A DNA stretch of 62,939 bases, filler included. It is 7 parts of 7 records of this genome, joined end to end, with 100 filler letters (N's around TTAATTAATTAA, not from the genome) between each part and the next. Parts side by side here need not be neighbours in the genome. Positions count along the whole stretch, not along the records: positions 38,523 to 52,168 come from SRR31156797_13681; positions 52,269 to 57,822 come from SRR31156797_13711; 5 more parts are not named here. The stretch is one strand, 5' to 3'. Positions 47,494 through 56,801 of the stretch are shown here, piece by piece. Numbering within the stretch: position 1 is the first letter of the stretch; each line of letters begins with the position of its first letter. The position numbers were made by a program, and so were the translations under genes. The notes beneath the pieces were generated by a model. That model ran no database searches. It was not told where the DNA came from and saw only the letters and a list, made by a program, of their open reading frames with translations.

Positions 47494-48783
47494 CTAATTG
47501 GCGAGTCCCATCAATCGCGGCATGAACATCGAAATCGCCGGTATGTAGGTGATCAGGAAGATGACCACGATTTCGACCGCCAGGAACGGCAGGATCGCCT
47601 TCGATATGGATTCCACCTTTTCCCCCGATACAGAGGACGCGACGAATAGAACGAGACCCATCGGCGGCGTTGCCAGGCCGACCGTCAGATTGACGCTCAT
47701 GATGATCGCAAAGTGGATCGGATCGACGCCGATGCTGATGAAGATCGGTCCCAGGATTGGGCCGAGGATGATGATCGCCGGCCCGGCGTCGAGGAACATA
47801 CCGACGAGAAACAATAGCAGGTTGATCAGCAGCAAAAGCAGCAGCGGATCCGCGGTCAAGGCGAGGATCCAGATGGCCAGCTCTTCGGCGACGTGCGACA
47901 GGCTGACCACGGTCTTGAAGGCCATGGCGGCACCGACCAGCAACAGGACCACCGACGAGACCAAGGCCGATTTCATGAAGATACGCGGCAGGTCGCTGAA
48001 TTTCAGCGAGCGCAGGACGAACAGGCCGATGACCATGGCATAGCCGGCGGCGACGGCCGAGGCTTCGGTCGGCGTGAACAGGCCGCCCAGGATGCCACCG
48101 AGGATGATTACGGGCGTCATCAGCGGCAGGATCGCCTTGGTGAAAGCCTGCCAGCGCTGCAACCAGGTGGCCTTGTCGCCAGCGACCGGGAAATCCTTGG
48201 CCCGGGCCATGGCGGCGACCACCGCCATCAGGCCGAAACCGACCAGGATGCCGGGAACGATGCCACCGGCGAACAGCGCGGCAACCGACACTTCCATGAC
48301 ATAGGCATAGATGATCATGATTCCGGACGGCGGGATGATCGGCCCGATGACCGAACTGGCGGCGGTCACGGCAGTGGCGAATTTCCGCGTATAGCCGTTC
48401 TTCACCATCGCGGGAATCAACATTGAACCGAGGGCCGAGGTATCGGCCACGGCCGAACCCGACAGGCCGGCGAACAGCATCGAGGAAAGGATATTCACAT
48501 GGGCCAGGCCACCGCGTAAGTGCCCGATCAGGGCCTGCGAGAACCGCACAAGGCGGATCGTGATGCCGCCCTGGTTCATCAGTTCGCCGGCCAACATGAA
48601 GAAGGGAATGGCCATCAACGGAAAGCTGTCGACGCCGTTATAGACGTTGCGGTACATCAGCGCCGCGTCGCGTTCCATGCCCTCGACGAACAGCATGATC
48701 CCGGGCGCGCCCAGCATCGCGAAAAAGACCGGCGTGCCGAGCATCAGCAAAACCAGGAACAGCGGCAGGAAGATCATCAACAT
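47494..48783 (-). CDS. dctM: TRAP transporter large permease DctM
   Basis: AIPFFMLAG, SGSAVAD, IIPPS, TPTEA, TPPMG. Confidence 0.95.
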   Translation of the reverse strand: MLMIFLPLFLVLLMLGTPVFFAMLGAPGIMLFVEGMERDAALMYRNVYNGVDSFPLMAIPFFMLAGELMNQGGITIRLVRFSQALIGHLRGGLAHVNILSSMLFAGLSGSAVADTSALGSMLIPAMVKNGYTRKFATAVTAASSVIGPIIPPSGIMIIYAYVMEVSVAALFAGGIVPGILVGFGLMAVVAAMARAKDFPVAGDKATWLQRWQAFTKAILPLMTPVIILGGILGGLFTPTEASAVAAGYAMVIGLFVLRSLKFSDLPRIFMKSALVSSVVLLLVGAAMAFKTVVSLSHVAEELAIWILALTADPLLLLLLINLLLFLVGMFLDAGPAIIILGPILGPIFISIGVDPIHFAIIMSVNLTVGLATPPMGLVLFVASSVSGEKVESISKAILPFLAVEIVVIFLITYIPAISMFMPRLMGLAN

Positions 48784-48787
48784 GCGA

Positions 48788-49339
48788 TCATCCCTCCGAC
48801 ATGAAACTGGGGGCTGCCGGTTTCGGGAAATCGTCCTTGTTCCCGAACATCCGACCCAGGGTGCGGAGGATCATTTCGATGTTGACGCTCAACATCAGGC
48901 CGAAACAGACCGTCATCGCCAGGTAGATCCAGGCCAGCGGAATTTTCAGGCTGGAGGACCTGAAGATGAACCCGGAATTGAAATGCTTGACCGAATGCTG
49001 CAGCAGGACGAACAGAATGATCGTCGCCAGGGCGAAGATTGCCAGGGTCAGCGCCCGGCGTGCATTGGCCGGCATGTTGTCGACCACCATGTTGATGCTG
49101 ACAAAGGCGCCCCAGCGGTAACCCGACGGTGCCATGAAGGCCATCATCCAGATCATCAGGGCGCGTGCCGCTTCTTCCGGCCATGGCAGGGCGTTGTTGA
49201 GGGCGTAGCGGAAGAAAACCTGAATGAGGATGATGAGGACCATCAGGATCAACGCCAGCCAGGCGATCTGACGGCCGACCGCCAGGATTGCCGAGTTCAC
49301 CGTGCCCAAAAGGGCGGTCGCTTTCGCCATCACCCGCAT
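48788..49339 (-). CDS. dctQ: TRAP transporter small permease DctQ
   Basis: QVFFRY..WPEEAAR, four TMs. ATG 49339 has an AGGGA RBS and avoids overlap with the GH31 gene. Confidence 0.9.
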   Translation of the reverse strand: MRVMAKATALLGTVNSAILAVGRQIAWLALILMVLIILIQVFFRYALNNALPWPEEAARALMIWMMAFMAPSGYRWGAFVSINMVVDNMPANARRALTLAIFALATIILFVLLQHSVKHFNSGFIFRSSSLKIPLAWIYLAMTVCFGLMLSVNIEMILRTLGRMFGNKDDFPKPAAPSFMSEG

Positions 49340-49358
49340 ATGTGACTTCCCTTTGTTG

Positions 49359-51530
49359 TCATTGTTGTGCCTCCCGGGGGTCGAGCCCGTCGCCGGCGCG
49401 GCGGCGTTTGACGGCTTTCCCAACACCGTCGTCGCCGTTCCTTAGCAGTGGCGGCGTTTTGCCGTCGCCGTAGCGCCAGATTTCCTCGATCACGGGTTTT
49501 TCGCCCAACTCGCCGGTGTGATTGACCGTAGGCCCGAGGGCAATTGCCGCGCCGTCGCGCACGAAAACGGGGATTTCTTCCAACGGAACGGTTTCGGCGA
49601 AGACCCGCCCGCCTTCAATCGGCTCGCCGGTAAAGAGATTCCACCAGCGGCCCGGAGGCAGATAGTAGGAAACCTTCCCATCCGGGCGCAGCACCGGCGC
49701 GACCAGCAGATCGGGGCCGAACATGAACTGGTTTTCGAAGGCCCAGGCGGCCCGGTCGTCCGGGAAGGCCAGGGGCATCGCCCGCATGACCGGTAGCCCG
49801 GTTTTCTCGGCCGTAGCGATGATCGCGTCGATATAGGGCAGCAGCCGGTAACGCAGGGTCATGTAGCGTCGGGCGACGGCCTCGGTCTCGGCGCCGAAGG
49901 CGTAGGGTTCGCGTTCGCCGATGCCGTGAAAGCGCATGTGGCTGGTGAAGACACAGGCCTGGGTCCAGCGGACGAAAAGCTCGGCCGACGGCTGGGTGCC
50001 GTAATAGCCGCCGATGTCGCTGGTGTGGCAGGGCACGCCGGACAGGCCCCAGCTTTGACCGCCGCGCAGGCTGCCGGCCAAGCCTTCCCAGTCGGACTGC
50101 GGATCGCCGCCCCACTGGATGGGATAACGCTGGCTGCCGGCCCAGCCGCTGCGGCTGTAGACCAGGGCGTTGCCCATTCCGAAGGCGGCCTCGGTGGCCT
50201 CGAAGACGCAGCGGTTGTAGAGCAGGGCGTAGGCGTTGTGCAGTTCCGCGCCGGTCGAGCCGTCGGCGGCCATCATGTCGTCGGTGACCTGTTCGCCGAA
50301 GTCCGGCTTGATGACGTCGACGCCGAGATCGAAGAGTTTCTTGTGTTCGTCGCGCCAATATTCGTAGGCGTCCTGGTGGGTGAAATCGATCAGACCGCTT
50401 TCCGGCAGCGGCGTCAGGACCTTGCCGAAAGGCTCGGTATCGAAGGCATAGCGCGCCGCGGCGCCGGTCTTGTCCTTGAGCAGCCAGCCCTTGTCTTCCA
50501 GTTCCGAAAACAGCGCGCCCTGCACTGAGACCAGGGGATATTCCCAGACGCAAAGTTTCATATCGAGGTCGTGCACGGCGTCGCAGAAGGCTTTCGGATC
50601 GTCGAAACGCTTCGGGTCGAAGGCGAAAGCGAAGCGGGTGTCGGTATCCTGCCAGGCCCGCCCGTCGAGGCAGATGACGTCGGTCGGCAGGCCCTTGTCG
50701 CGCAGGGTGCGGGCTACCGAAAGCAGTTCGTCCGGGGTGTGGTAGTAGGCCCGCGACACCCAGATGCCCAAGCTCCACAGCGGGATTTCCGGCATGCGGC
50801 CGGTCAGTCCGGTATAGCGTTCGATGATGTCGGCGCCGTCTTGTCCGGCGATCAGGAAGAGGTCGATGGCCGGTTGTTCGATACTGGCGACATACGAGCG
50901 CTGTGACCACGGCGCGAAACCGACGCCGTGATCGCTCGGCGCGCCCGACAATACGAACAGGCCCCAGCCTTCCGGGCTCCAGGCGAAGGGGCAGTTCTTG
51001 TAGCTGACCTCGGCATTGACGCCCAAGGCATCGGTGTTGTCCGAGCGGATCAGCTGGCCGCGGTGATCGAGCCCGCCCCATTTTTCGCCGAGCCCGTAGA
51101 CCGGTTCGCCCGAATGCAGGGCAAGGGCGACCGACAGGCGATCTCCCAGCCGCGAAAACGGGGGTATGCGCCGGGCCCGCACGAAGTGGCCGTCGTCAGC
51201 CGATGTCAGAACTTCGGTGCCGTCGCGTTTCAAGGACAGGGACAGGTCGTCCATGTCGACGCGCAGTGTTGCCGTACCGGCCGATAGGGTCGCCTTGCCG
51301 TCGGCGATGATCGCCGTGTCGGTGGCCGTCGGTGCATTCGCCACCAAAATGCCGTAGGGATCTTCAGGCTCGGCGCCGAGGGTCAGTCGGAAAACGCCAT
51401 CGGTCCATGGCTGCAGGATCAGCGGCCCGGCTTCGGTTTCAACGACGACGGAATTGCCGATAACTTGCGCCGGTGCGATTGCCGTCAACGCCTCGGCCCG
51501 GTTCCAGTTGATGGTGGTCAGCGGATTCAT
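49359..51530 (-). CDS. Glycoside hydrolase family 31 (YicI-like scaffold), cytoplasmic
   Basis: YGLGE, YKNCPF, KPDFGE nucleophile, WGGD acid/base region, SDIGGY, RFHG, FGPDLLVAPV. No signal peptide. Confidence 0.9.
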   Translation of the reverse strand: MNPLTTINWNRAEALTAIAPAQVIGNSVVVETEAGPLILQPWTDGVFRLTLGAEPEDPYGILVANAPTATDTAIIADGKATLSAGTATLRVDMDDLSLSLKRDGTEVLTSADDGHFVRARRIPPFSRLGDRLSVALALHSGEPVYGLGEKWGGLDHRGQLIRSDNTDALGVNAEVSYKNCPFAWSPEGWGLFVLSGAPSDHGVGFAPWSQRSYVASIEQPAIDLFLIAGQDGADIIERYTGLTGRMPEIPLWSLGIWVSRAYYHTPDELLSVARTLRDKGLPTDVICLDGRAWQDTDTRFAFAFDPKRFDDPKAFCDAVHDLDMKLCVWEYPLVSVQGALFSELEDKGWLLKDKTGAAARYAFDTEPFGKVLTPLPESGLIDFTHQDAYEYWRDEHKKLFDLGVDVIKPDFGEQVTDDMMAADGSTGAELHNAYALLYNRCVFEATEAAFGMGNALVYSRSGWAGSQRYPIQWGGDPQSDWEGLAGSLRGGQSWGLSGVPCHTSDIGGYYGTQPSAELFVRWTQACVFTSHMRFHGIGEREPYAFGAETEAVARRYMTLRYRLLPYIDAIIATAEKTGLPVMRAMPLAFPDDRAAWAFENQFMFGPDLLVAPVLRPDGKVSYYLPPGRWWNLFTGEPIEGGRVFAETVPLEEIPVFVRDGAAIALGPTVNHTGELGEKPVIEEIWRYGDGKTPPLLRNGDDGVGKAVKRRRAGDGLDPREAQQ

Positions 51531-51550
51531 GGCTTACTGCCTTCGATCCT

Positions 51551-52168
51551 TCACGTCAGCTCGACGACGGGAATGTTCAGCGCCTTAGCGGCGGCCCGCA
51601 ATGCCGGCCGGTGTTCGCCGTAGGCGAAACTGTAATGGTGTTCGAGCCCCTCGGTCATGACGCCGGCGAGAATTTCCGAGGCGGCACGGTCGAACCTGAC
51701 GACGCCGCAGGTTCCGGAAAAGCTTTGCGGCCGTTTGATCATCTCGCCGCCGGCCAGGATCAGACGGACCCGGTTGCGCGACTGGCTCAAGCGGGCGACG
51801 GTGATGCGCCCCGGTTTCAGCGGAAATTCGTGCAGCAGCGGTTTTTTGCGGTTTGAATGGATGCCGACGCGAACGCCGGTATCCGGATCGGCCATGGATT
51901 CGGGCGCCAACCCGCAATGCCACAGCACGGCCGTATCGTCAGCGACATCGACATCGACCAGGTCGGCCATGAACACCGGTTCGGCGGTCAGGCTTTGCAG
52001 GATCTGGCTGGAAAGATTGCCGAAGACATCGGCTTCGCAGGCGCACGGAATGCCGCTGCCGCTGACCATCGCCATGGCGCCACAGGCGGCACAGCCGTAA
52101 TCGGTGAAAAATTCCGGCCAGCAGCGCACCGCCAGGCCCGTATAGCCGCCTTCTTCGGCAAGATCCGA
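51551..52168 (-). CDS. L-fucose/L-arabinose isomerase-like protein, 5'-truncated (SftI/SqvD-like)
   Basis: Open to the contig end (SDLAEEGGYTGLAV). RCWPEFF, ACEAD, WHCG, HSNRK, LKPG..T..R, EHH. Confidence 0.8.
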   Translation of the reverse strand, partial: SDLAEEGGYTGLAVRCWPEFFTDYGCAACGAMAMVSGSGIPCACEADVFGNLSSQILQSLTAEPVFMADLVDVDVADDTAVLWHCGLAPESMADPDTGVRVGIHSNRKKPLLHEFPLKPGRITVARLSQSRNRVRLILAGGEMIKRPQSFSGTCGVVRFDRAASEILAGVMTEGLEHHYSFAYGEHRPALRAAAKALNIPVVELT

Positions 52169-52268
52169 NNNNNNNNNNNNNNNNNNNNNNNNNNNNNNNN
52201 NNNNNNNNNNNNTTAATTAATTAANNNNNNNNNNNNNNNNNNNNNNNNNNNNNNNNNNNNNNNNNNNN
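52169..52268. other. Artificial contig spacer
   Basis: 44 N + TTAATTAATTAA + 44 N. Confidence 0.98.
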
Positions 52269-52363
52269 AGCCCTCTTCCACCATGGCCGGCCCAGTCCGC
52301 AGGCACATCCTCAATGGAAGTGCTCAAATCGGTCATGTTTACACGAAAAATTTTGTCTGCCAT
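52269..52363 (-). CDS. aor: Aldehyde:ferredoxin oxidoreductase family, N-terminal fragment
   Basis: Not in the ORF track. Manual translation gives MADKIFRVNMTDLSTSIEDVPADWAGHGGRG, matching the AOR N-terminal RVN..GGRG pattern; GGAG RBS. Confidence 0.7.
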
Positions 52364-52495
52364 GCTAATTCTCCAAATAAATTGATTGATTGTACCGTAT
52401 ATCGTTTAAGAAAAATATCGCACATCCTAAGCCGTTTTTATATTGAGATTTTATTCGAATTTGCTCAGGATCTGTAGTTGCAAAGTGGCAAGCAC

Positions 52496-52837
52496 TTATG
52501 ACTCACTGCCAAGTACTTTGCTTATAATCATTTGTTTTGTATGGGTATCCGGTTCAGGATCCTGCCAACTGATGAACTGGTTGCTAACACGCATAAAATC
52601 GCCGTTATCTTTCTTGCACTGCTCACAAATTGATTCGGCATTATCCCTGTACATTATCACCTTACTGGCAGGGTCTCCGGATTTATCAACCGCAGCCATT
52701 TTTACACAACCGCAATCAAGCCGGATAACGGCAACGCCTATGCCTTCCGGGCTTCCTTCGAGTATCGCTTCTATCATAGCCTGCTCGCCTTTGTTAGACT
52801 GCAACAGGTTGTTTTGTTTGTTTATTTTTGTGGCCAT
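52496..52837 (-). CDS. Small hypothetical protein with CGC and CEQC (possible metal binding)
   Basis: RLDCGC...SICEQC; coding-like composition. Confidence 0.6.
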   Translation of the reverse strand: MATKINKQNNLLQSNKGEQAMIEAILEGSPEGIGVAVIRLDCGCVKMAAVDKSGDPASKVIMYRDNAESICEQCKKDNGDFMRVSNQFISWQDPEPDTHTKQMIISKVLGSES

Positions 52838-53065
52838 TATAATTAGCTTTCCTGTTTGGATGGGTAATCGTTGGTTATTCTATTCATTAATACCTGGTTG
52901 AGCAATAAGAAAGAGAATAGTTGAGAAGAAGAAGAGCTGCAACTGTAGACTCAATAATGTGATTTTGCATCTTTTGGCAGCTAAAAAGAGTACGATGCAG
53001 GGTGCCTTTAATCTTGACAAAGTCTTATCGGTCAGGTAGAGGGGAAGCACTTTTTTTAAGTTTTA

Positions 53066-53083
53066 AATCTTGCACACAAGATT
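53066..53083. promoter_or_regulatory. Palindrome upstream of ferredoxin (candidate operator)
   Basis: AATCTTG-caca-CAAGATT, downstream of a TTGACA at 53014. Confidence 0.35.
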
Positions 53084-53140
53084 AAAAGTATCAGTACTAT
53101 TAAACGTTGTATATTAATTTTTTTTTAGGAGGTTTTTATC

Positions 53141-53326
53141 ATGTGGGAAATCGTAATTGACAAAGACAAATGTTCTGGTGATGAAGAGTGTGTAGCAGCT
53201 TGTCCAGCACAGGTATTTGAGATGGTAGACGGCAAAGCTGAAGCAGTAGAAGCTGATGAATGTCTCGGTTGCGAAACCTGTGTTGAGGTTTGCCCTGAAG
53301 ATGCTATCACTGTAACTGAAGTATAA
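53141..53326 (+). CDS. Dicluster ferredoxin (CxxDxxC + CxxCxxC; 7Fe/8Fe type)
   Basis: AGGAGG RBS; CSGDEECVAACP and CLGCETCVEVCP. Confidence 0.95.
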   Translation: MWEIVIDKDKCSGDEECVAACPAQVFEMVDGKAEAVEADECLGCETCVEVCPEDAITVTEV

Positions 53327-53353
53327 GTTACGCTTTTCGATAGTTTGCTTTAT

Positions 53354-53392
53354 GATAAGCCCATCCCTGACGGGGTGGGCTTATCCTGTTTT
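53354..53392 (+). terminator. Intrinsic terminator after ferredoxin
   Basis: GATAAGCCCATCCC-tgac-GGGGTGGGCTTATC followed by CTGTTTT. Confidence 0.75.
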
Positions 53393-53430
53393 TAAAGGGA
53401 CTTGCAGCAATCATACTGTAAGTCCCTTTA
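53393..53430. repeat. Second hairpin directly after the terminator
   Basis: TAAAGGGACTTGCAG-caatcata-CTGTAAGTCCCTTTA (one G-U pair). Confidence 0.6.
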
Positions 53431-53448
53431 CTACGTCTAGAGAGTCCT

Positions 53449-53865
53449 TTGTTTAAGCCTGGCGTTCATCGATCGGTTCATCTTTTTGCTGCCCCATTTT
53501 TGTGGACAATTATCGGGGGTATGCTTATTTATCGAGGCTACGGGTGGATAGAACAAGACAGCCGTATTCTCTTTCTGTCCCTGGCTTTTTTAATCGGTTT
53601 ATTTAAATCATTGTTTGTCCTTGATAAGGTTGCTGCTAAGACTATCAGGCGGATTGTCACTTTTCAGGACGACACCTGCCTTGGTGCCGTGTTTTCCTGG
53701 AAGACATGGCTGCTGGTAGGCGTGATGATGTCTTGCGGAGTGTTGTTGAGAACGTTTTTTACCCCAGGAACCATATTGGGGGCTGGATACTGTGCTATTG
53801 GGTGGGCCCTTTTACTCTCCAGTCGTCAGGGGTGGTTGGCATGGTTTAGAAAAGGATTTTTGTAA
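53449..53865 (+). CDS. Hypothetical membrane protein (about four TMs)
   Basis: Hydrophobic segments; stop overlaps the alr start (TAATG). Confidence 0.7.
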   Translation: MFKPGVHRSVHLFAAPFLWTIIGGMLIYRGYGWIEQDSRILFLSLAFLIGLFKSLFVLDKVAAKTIRRIVTFQDDTCLGAVFSWKTWLLVGVMMSCGVLLRTFFTPGTILGAGYCAIGWALLLSSRQGWLAWFRKGFL

Positions 53866-54989
53866 TGGAGTCGCTGAACAAAATAACCATCAGTACCGGA
53901 GCTCTCAGGCACAATTTTTGTGTTTGTCGTCATCATGCTGGTGATGCGGATATTATTGCCATGGTTAAGGCTGATGCCTATGGACACGGTATGATCGAAT
54001 GTGCCCGGGTGTTTGTTGAAGAAGGTGCCGCCGGCCTTGGCGTAGCGGAAGTTGTTGAGGGAATAAAGCTGCGTGAAGCTGGTTTTACTATCCCTGTTTT
54101 TATCCTTGCTGGGATTATTCCACAAACAGCGCAAGCAGCGGTGGAAAACAATCTTACACCTGTTGTTGCAGACAACCTGGCTCTCTCTGAGCTTAATGAT
54201 CACGCCCAGAGGGCTGGCAAAAATATCGATATCCATGTAAAGGTGGATGCTGGTATGGGGAGACAGGGAACTTTTCCCGAAGGGACCGTTGCTTTAATCC
54301 AGGAGATAGATGATCATTGCAACCTGAACACCAAGGGAGTCCTTGCCCACTTTCCCATGGCGGATGACCCGGATTCCTCCAATTCAGACCATGTTCTGGC
54401 AACGTTTTCGAATACAGCCAGACAAATTAAGGAAAGCATTCCCCATCCCTGCATGTATCATATTGCCAATTCCGGAGGATTGTTTTATGTGCGCGGTTCG
54501 CAATTTGATATGGTACGACCAGGTATTTCCCTTTACGGTTGTTATCCTGACGGAGAAAACGCGAGTCATGCAGCTGTCGAGAGTCGGCTTAAACCCGCCA
54601 TGTGTTTCGCCAGCAGAGTCATTCAGGTGAGAAATGTAGGGGCTGGTATAGGATTAGGCTATGGGCACAGTTTTGTCACAACCAGACCTACTACTGTAGC
54701 AGTGTTACCTGTAGGATATGAAGACGGATATTTGAGGAAATTATCTAACCTTGCTCAAGTGCTTGTCAATGGCTGCCGGGCACCCGTTATCGGTAGAATA
54801 TCCATGAACTTAACCTTGATTGATGCTACAGACGTAGGACCAGTAAGCGTTGGTGATGAAGTTGTTTTAATGGGGCCGCAGGGAACCGATAAGATAACAG
54901 CCGACGATATTGCCGGATGGATGGATACGATTAATTACGAAGTACTCTGCCTTTTCGGACATATGAATGATCGCGTATTTACTGACTGA
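53865..54989 (+). CDS. alr: Alanine racemase
   Basis: MVKADAYGHG (PLP Lys), KVDAGMGRQG, ANSGG, VRPGISLYG, PVGYEDG. Confidence 0.95.
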   Translation: MESLNKITISTGALRHNFCVCRHHAGDADIIAMVKADAYGHGMIECARVFVEEGAAGLGVAEVVEGIKLREAGFTIPVFILAGIIPQTAQAAVENNLTPVVADNLALSELNDHAQRAGKNIDIHVKVDAGMGRQGTFPEGTVALIQEIDDHCNLNTKGVLAHFPMADDPDSSNSDHVLATFSNTARQIKESIPHPCMYHIANSGGLFYVRGSQFDMVRPGISLYGCYPDGENASHAAVESRLKPAMCFASRVIQVRNVGAGIGLGYGHSFVTTRPTTVAVLPVGYEDGYLRKLSNLAQVLVNGCRAPVIGRISMNLTLIDATDVGPVSVGDEVVLMGPQGTDKITADDIAGWMDTINYEVLCLFGHMNDRVFTD

Positions 54990-55131
54990 ACCGCTGGCTG
55001 AAAAGAGCCTGTCGGTGCCGGTCCGTTGCACGTTGCTTTTCTCGGTATTAGTTGTACGTACTTATTTTTCTTTCTGTTAGTTTGTAAATCACAGGAAGCT
55101 ATAGAACTCGCAATTCTTTCCATATATTAAA

Positions 55132-56787
55132 ATGATAAAGTCACAAGTTAAAGCCGTTGTTGATCGTTGTTTTGAAAAAGGTCTCAGTCTGTCACTGTGG
55201 AGTGAAAAACTTCGTGATCGATATACGGTCGAGGTACCCAAGCATGAAGGGCAAGGCGATTTTGCCACTAATTTTGCCATGGTTGCCGCTGGTGTTGAAA
55301 AGAAGAATCCTCGCGAGATTGCAGCCCGTTTTGCCGAGTTGGCAGCAGAAGAAAAGGCCGTTGTCGATCGTTGGGAAATCGCAGGGCCAGGTTTTATAAA
55401 TATTTTTTTAAAGGAAGATGTCTGGACATCCGTCCTTCCTGTAGTTGAAGAACAGGGAGAAAGGTTTGGCTTAAGTGATGATGGAAAAGGAAAAAAAGTC
55501 CTGGTCGAATTTGTCAGTGCTAATCCCACGGGCCCCCTTTCCGTCGGCCATGGTCGGAATGCTGTTATCGGTGACTCTGTAGCCCGCCTCCTTGAAGCAA
55601 CAGGATTCAATGTTCATCGCGAATATTATTTTAATGATGCCGGGCGACAGATGCGAGTTCTTGGCGAGTCAACCCGGGCAAGATATTTTGAGCGCCTGGG
55701 GTTGGAGAACGATTTTCCTGAAGATGGGTACCAGGGCAGCTATATTTATGATATTGCTCAAGCAATGATCGACAAGGGTGGTGACACATTTAAAGATGCA
55801 GCGGTTGAGGTGTTTAAAGAGCATGCAAAAGACGCCATCTTTAAAGAAATTGATGCAACACTCAAGCGGATTGGTATTCGCTTTGACAGCTATTATAACG
55901 AACATACCCTGTATGAAGAAGGGATGATTGATGATGTTGTCAGCATTTTTAAAGAGAAAGATTTGGTTTACGAGAAAGATGAGGCACTATGGTTTAAGAC
56001 AAGTGAGTTCGGTCAGGAACAAGACCGGGTCATTATCAAGAGCACGGGTGAACCCACGTACAGGCTGCCGGATATTGCCTACCACCGGGAAAAATTCAAA
56101 CGTGACTTTGACTGGATGATTAACGTTTTCGGTGCGGATCATATTGCCACTGTACCCGATGTGCTTGCCGGTGTCCGTGCCCTTGGCTACGACGATGAGC
56201 TGATAACCGTGATTCTCTACCAGTTCGTCACGTTGCTGCGTGGTGGAAAACAGGTTAAGATGTCAACCCGCAAGGCAACCTTCGTCACGATTGATGAACT
56301 GGTTGATGAGGTAGGAACAGATGCTTTACGCTTCTTTTTTCTGCAGCGTAAAGCAGACAGCCAGCTTGAATTTGATTTGGACCTTGCTACCAAACAGAGC
56401 TCCGAAAATCCCGTCTATTATGTGCAGTATGCCCATGCCCGTTTATGCAGTATTGAAAGACAGGCAAAAGAGCAAGGGGTGGAATGTGTTGCCGGAGGCG
56501 GTATTGATTTGAGCATGCTGCAAGAGGCGGAAGAGTATGGATTGCTCAAAACTATGGCTGATTACCCACAGTTGGTTGCAGGGGCGGCAATGGACTTGGC
56601 ACCCCATAGGCTTATTTTCTATTTGATGGAATTGGCTGGACAATTCCATAGCTTTTATAATAAACATAAAGTGTTAACTGATGATGCGGGCCGCAGTCAG
56701 GCCAGGCTGTATCTCTGCCGATGTCTAAAAACAGTGTTGTGCAATGGACTAACACTGGCAGGTCTTAGTGCGCCAGAGCGCATGTAG
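55132..56787 (+). CDS. argS: Arginine--tRNA ligase
   Basis: GDFATN, EFVSANPTGPLSVGHGR, GADH, KMSTRK, YYVQYAHAR, APERM end. Confidence 0.97.
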   Translation: MIKSQVKAVVDRCFEKGLSLSLWSEKLRDRYTVEVPKHEGQGDFATNFAMVAAGVEKKNPREIAARFAELAAEEKAVVDRWEIAGPGFINIFLKEDVWTSVLPVVEEQGERFGLSDDGKGKKVLVEFVSANPTGPLSVGHGRNAVIGDSVARLLEATGFNVHREYYFNDAGRQMRVLGESTRARYFERLGLENDFPEDGYQGSYIYDIAQAMIDKGGDTFKDAAVEVFKEHAKDAIFKEIDATLKRIGIRFDSYYNEHTLYEEGMIDDVVSIFKEKDLVYEKDEALWFKTSEFGQEQDRVIIKSTGEPTYRLPDIAYHREKFKRDFDWMINVFGADHIATVPDVLAGVRALGYDDELITVILYQFVTLLRGGKQVKMSTRKATFVTIDELVDEVGTDALRFFFLQRKADSQLEFDLDLATKQSSENPVYYVQYAHARLCSIERQAKEQGVECVAGGGIDLSMLQEAEEYGLLKTMADYPQLVAGAAMDLAPHRLIFYLMELAGQFHSFYNKHKVLTDDAGRSQARLYLCRCLKTVLCNGLTLAGLSAPERM

Positions 56788-56801
56788 CCTTTTTAAAGTT
56801 T

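Noticed and set aside
49340-49426. Apparent 68-bp overlap of dctQ with the GH31 gene
   Set aside because: ATG 49339 with an RBS gives a normal DctQ without overlap.
38584-52100. Many long overlapping ORFs in the GC-rich contig (e.g. 44426-45679 +, 49615-51081 -, 42261-43322 -, 44979-45980 -)
   Set aside because: Expected stop-poor alternative frames at high GC; Arg/Pro-rich and overlapping motif-supported genes.
52470-52500. Sigma-54 promoter (TGGCA...) near aor
   Set aside because: Wrong strand for aor and no correctly spaced TTGC.
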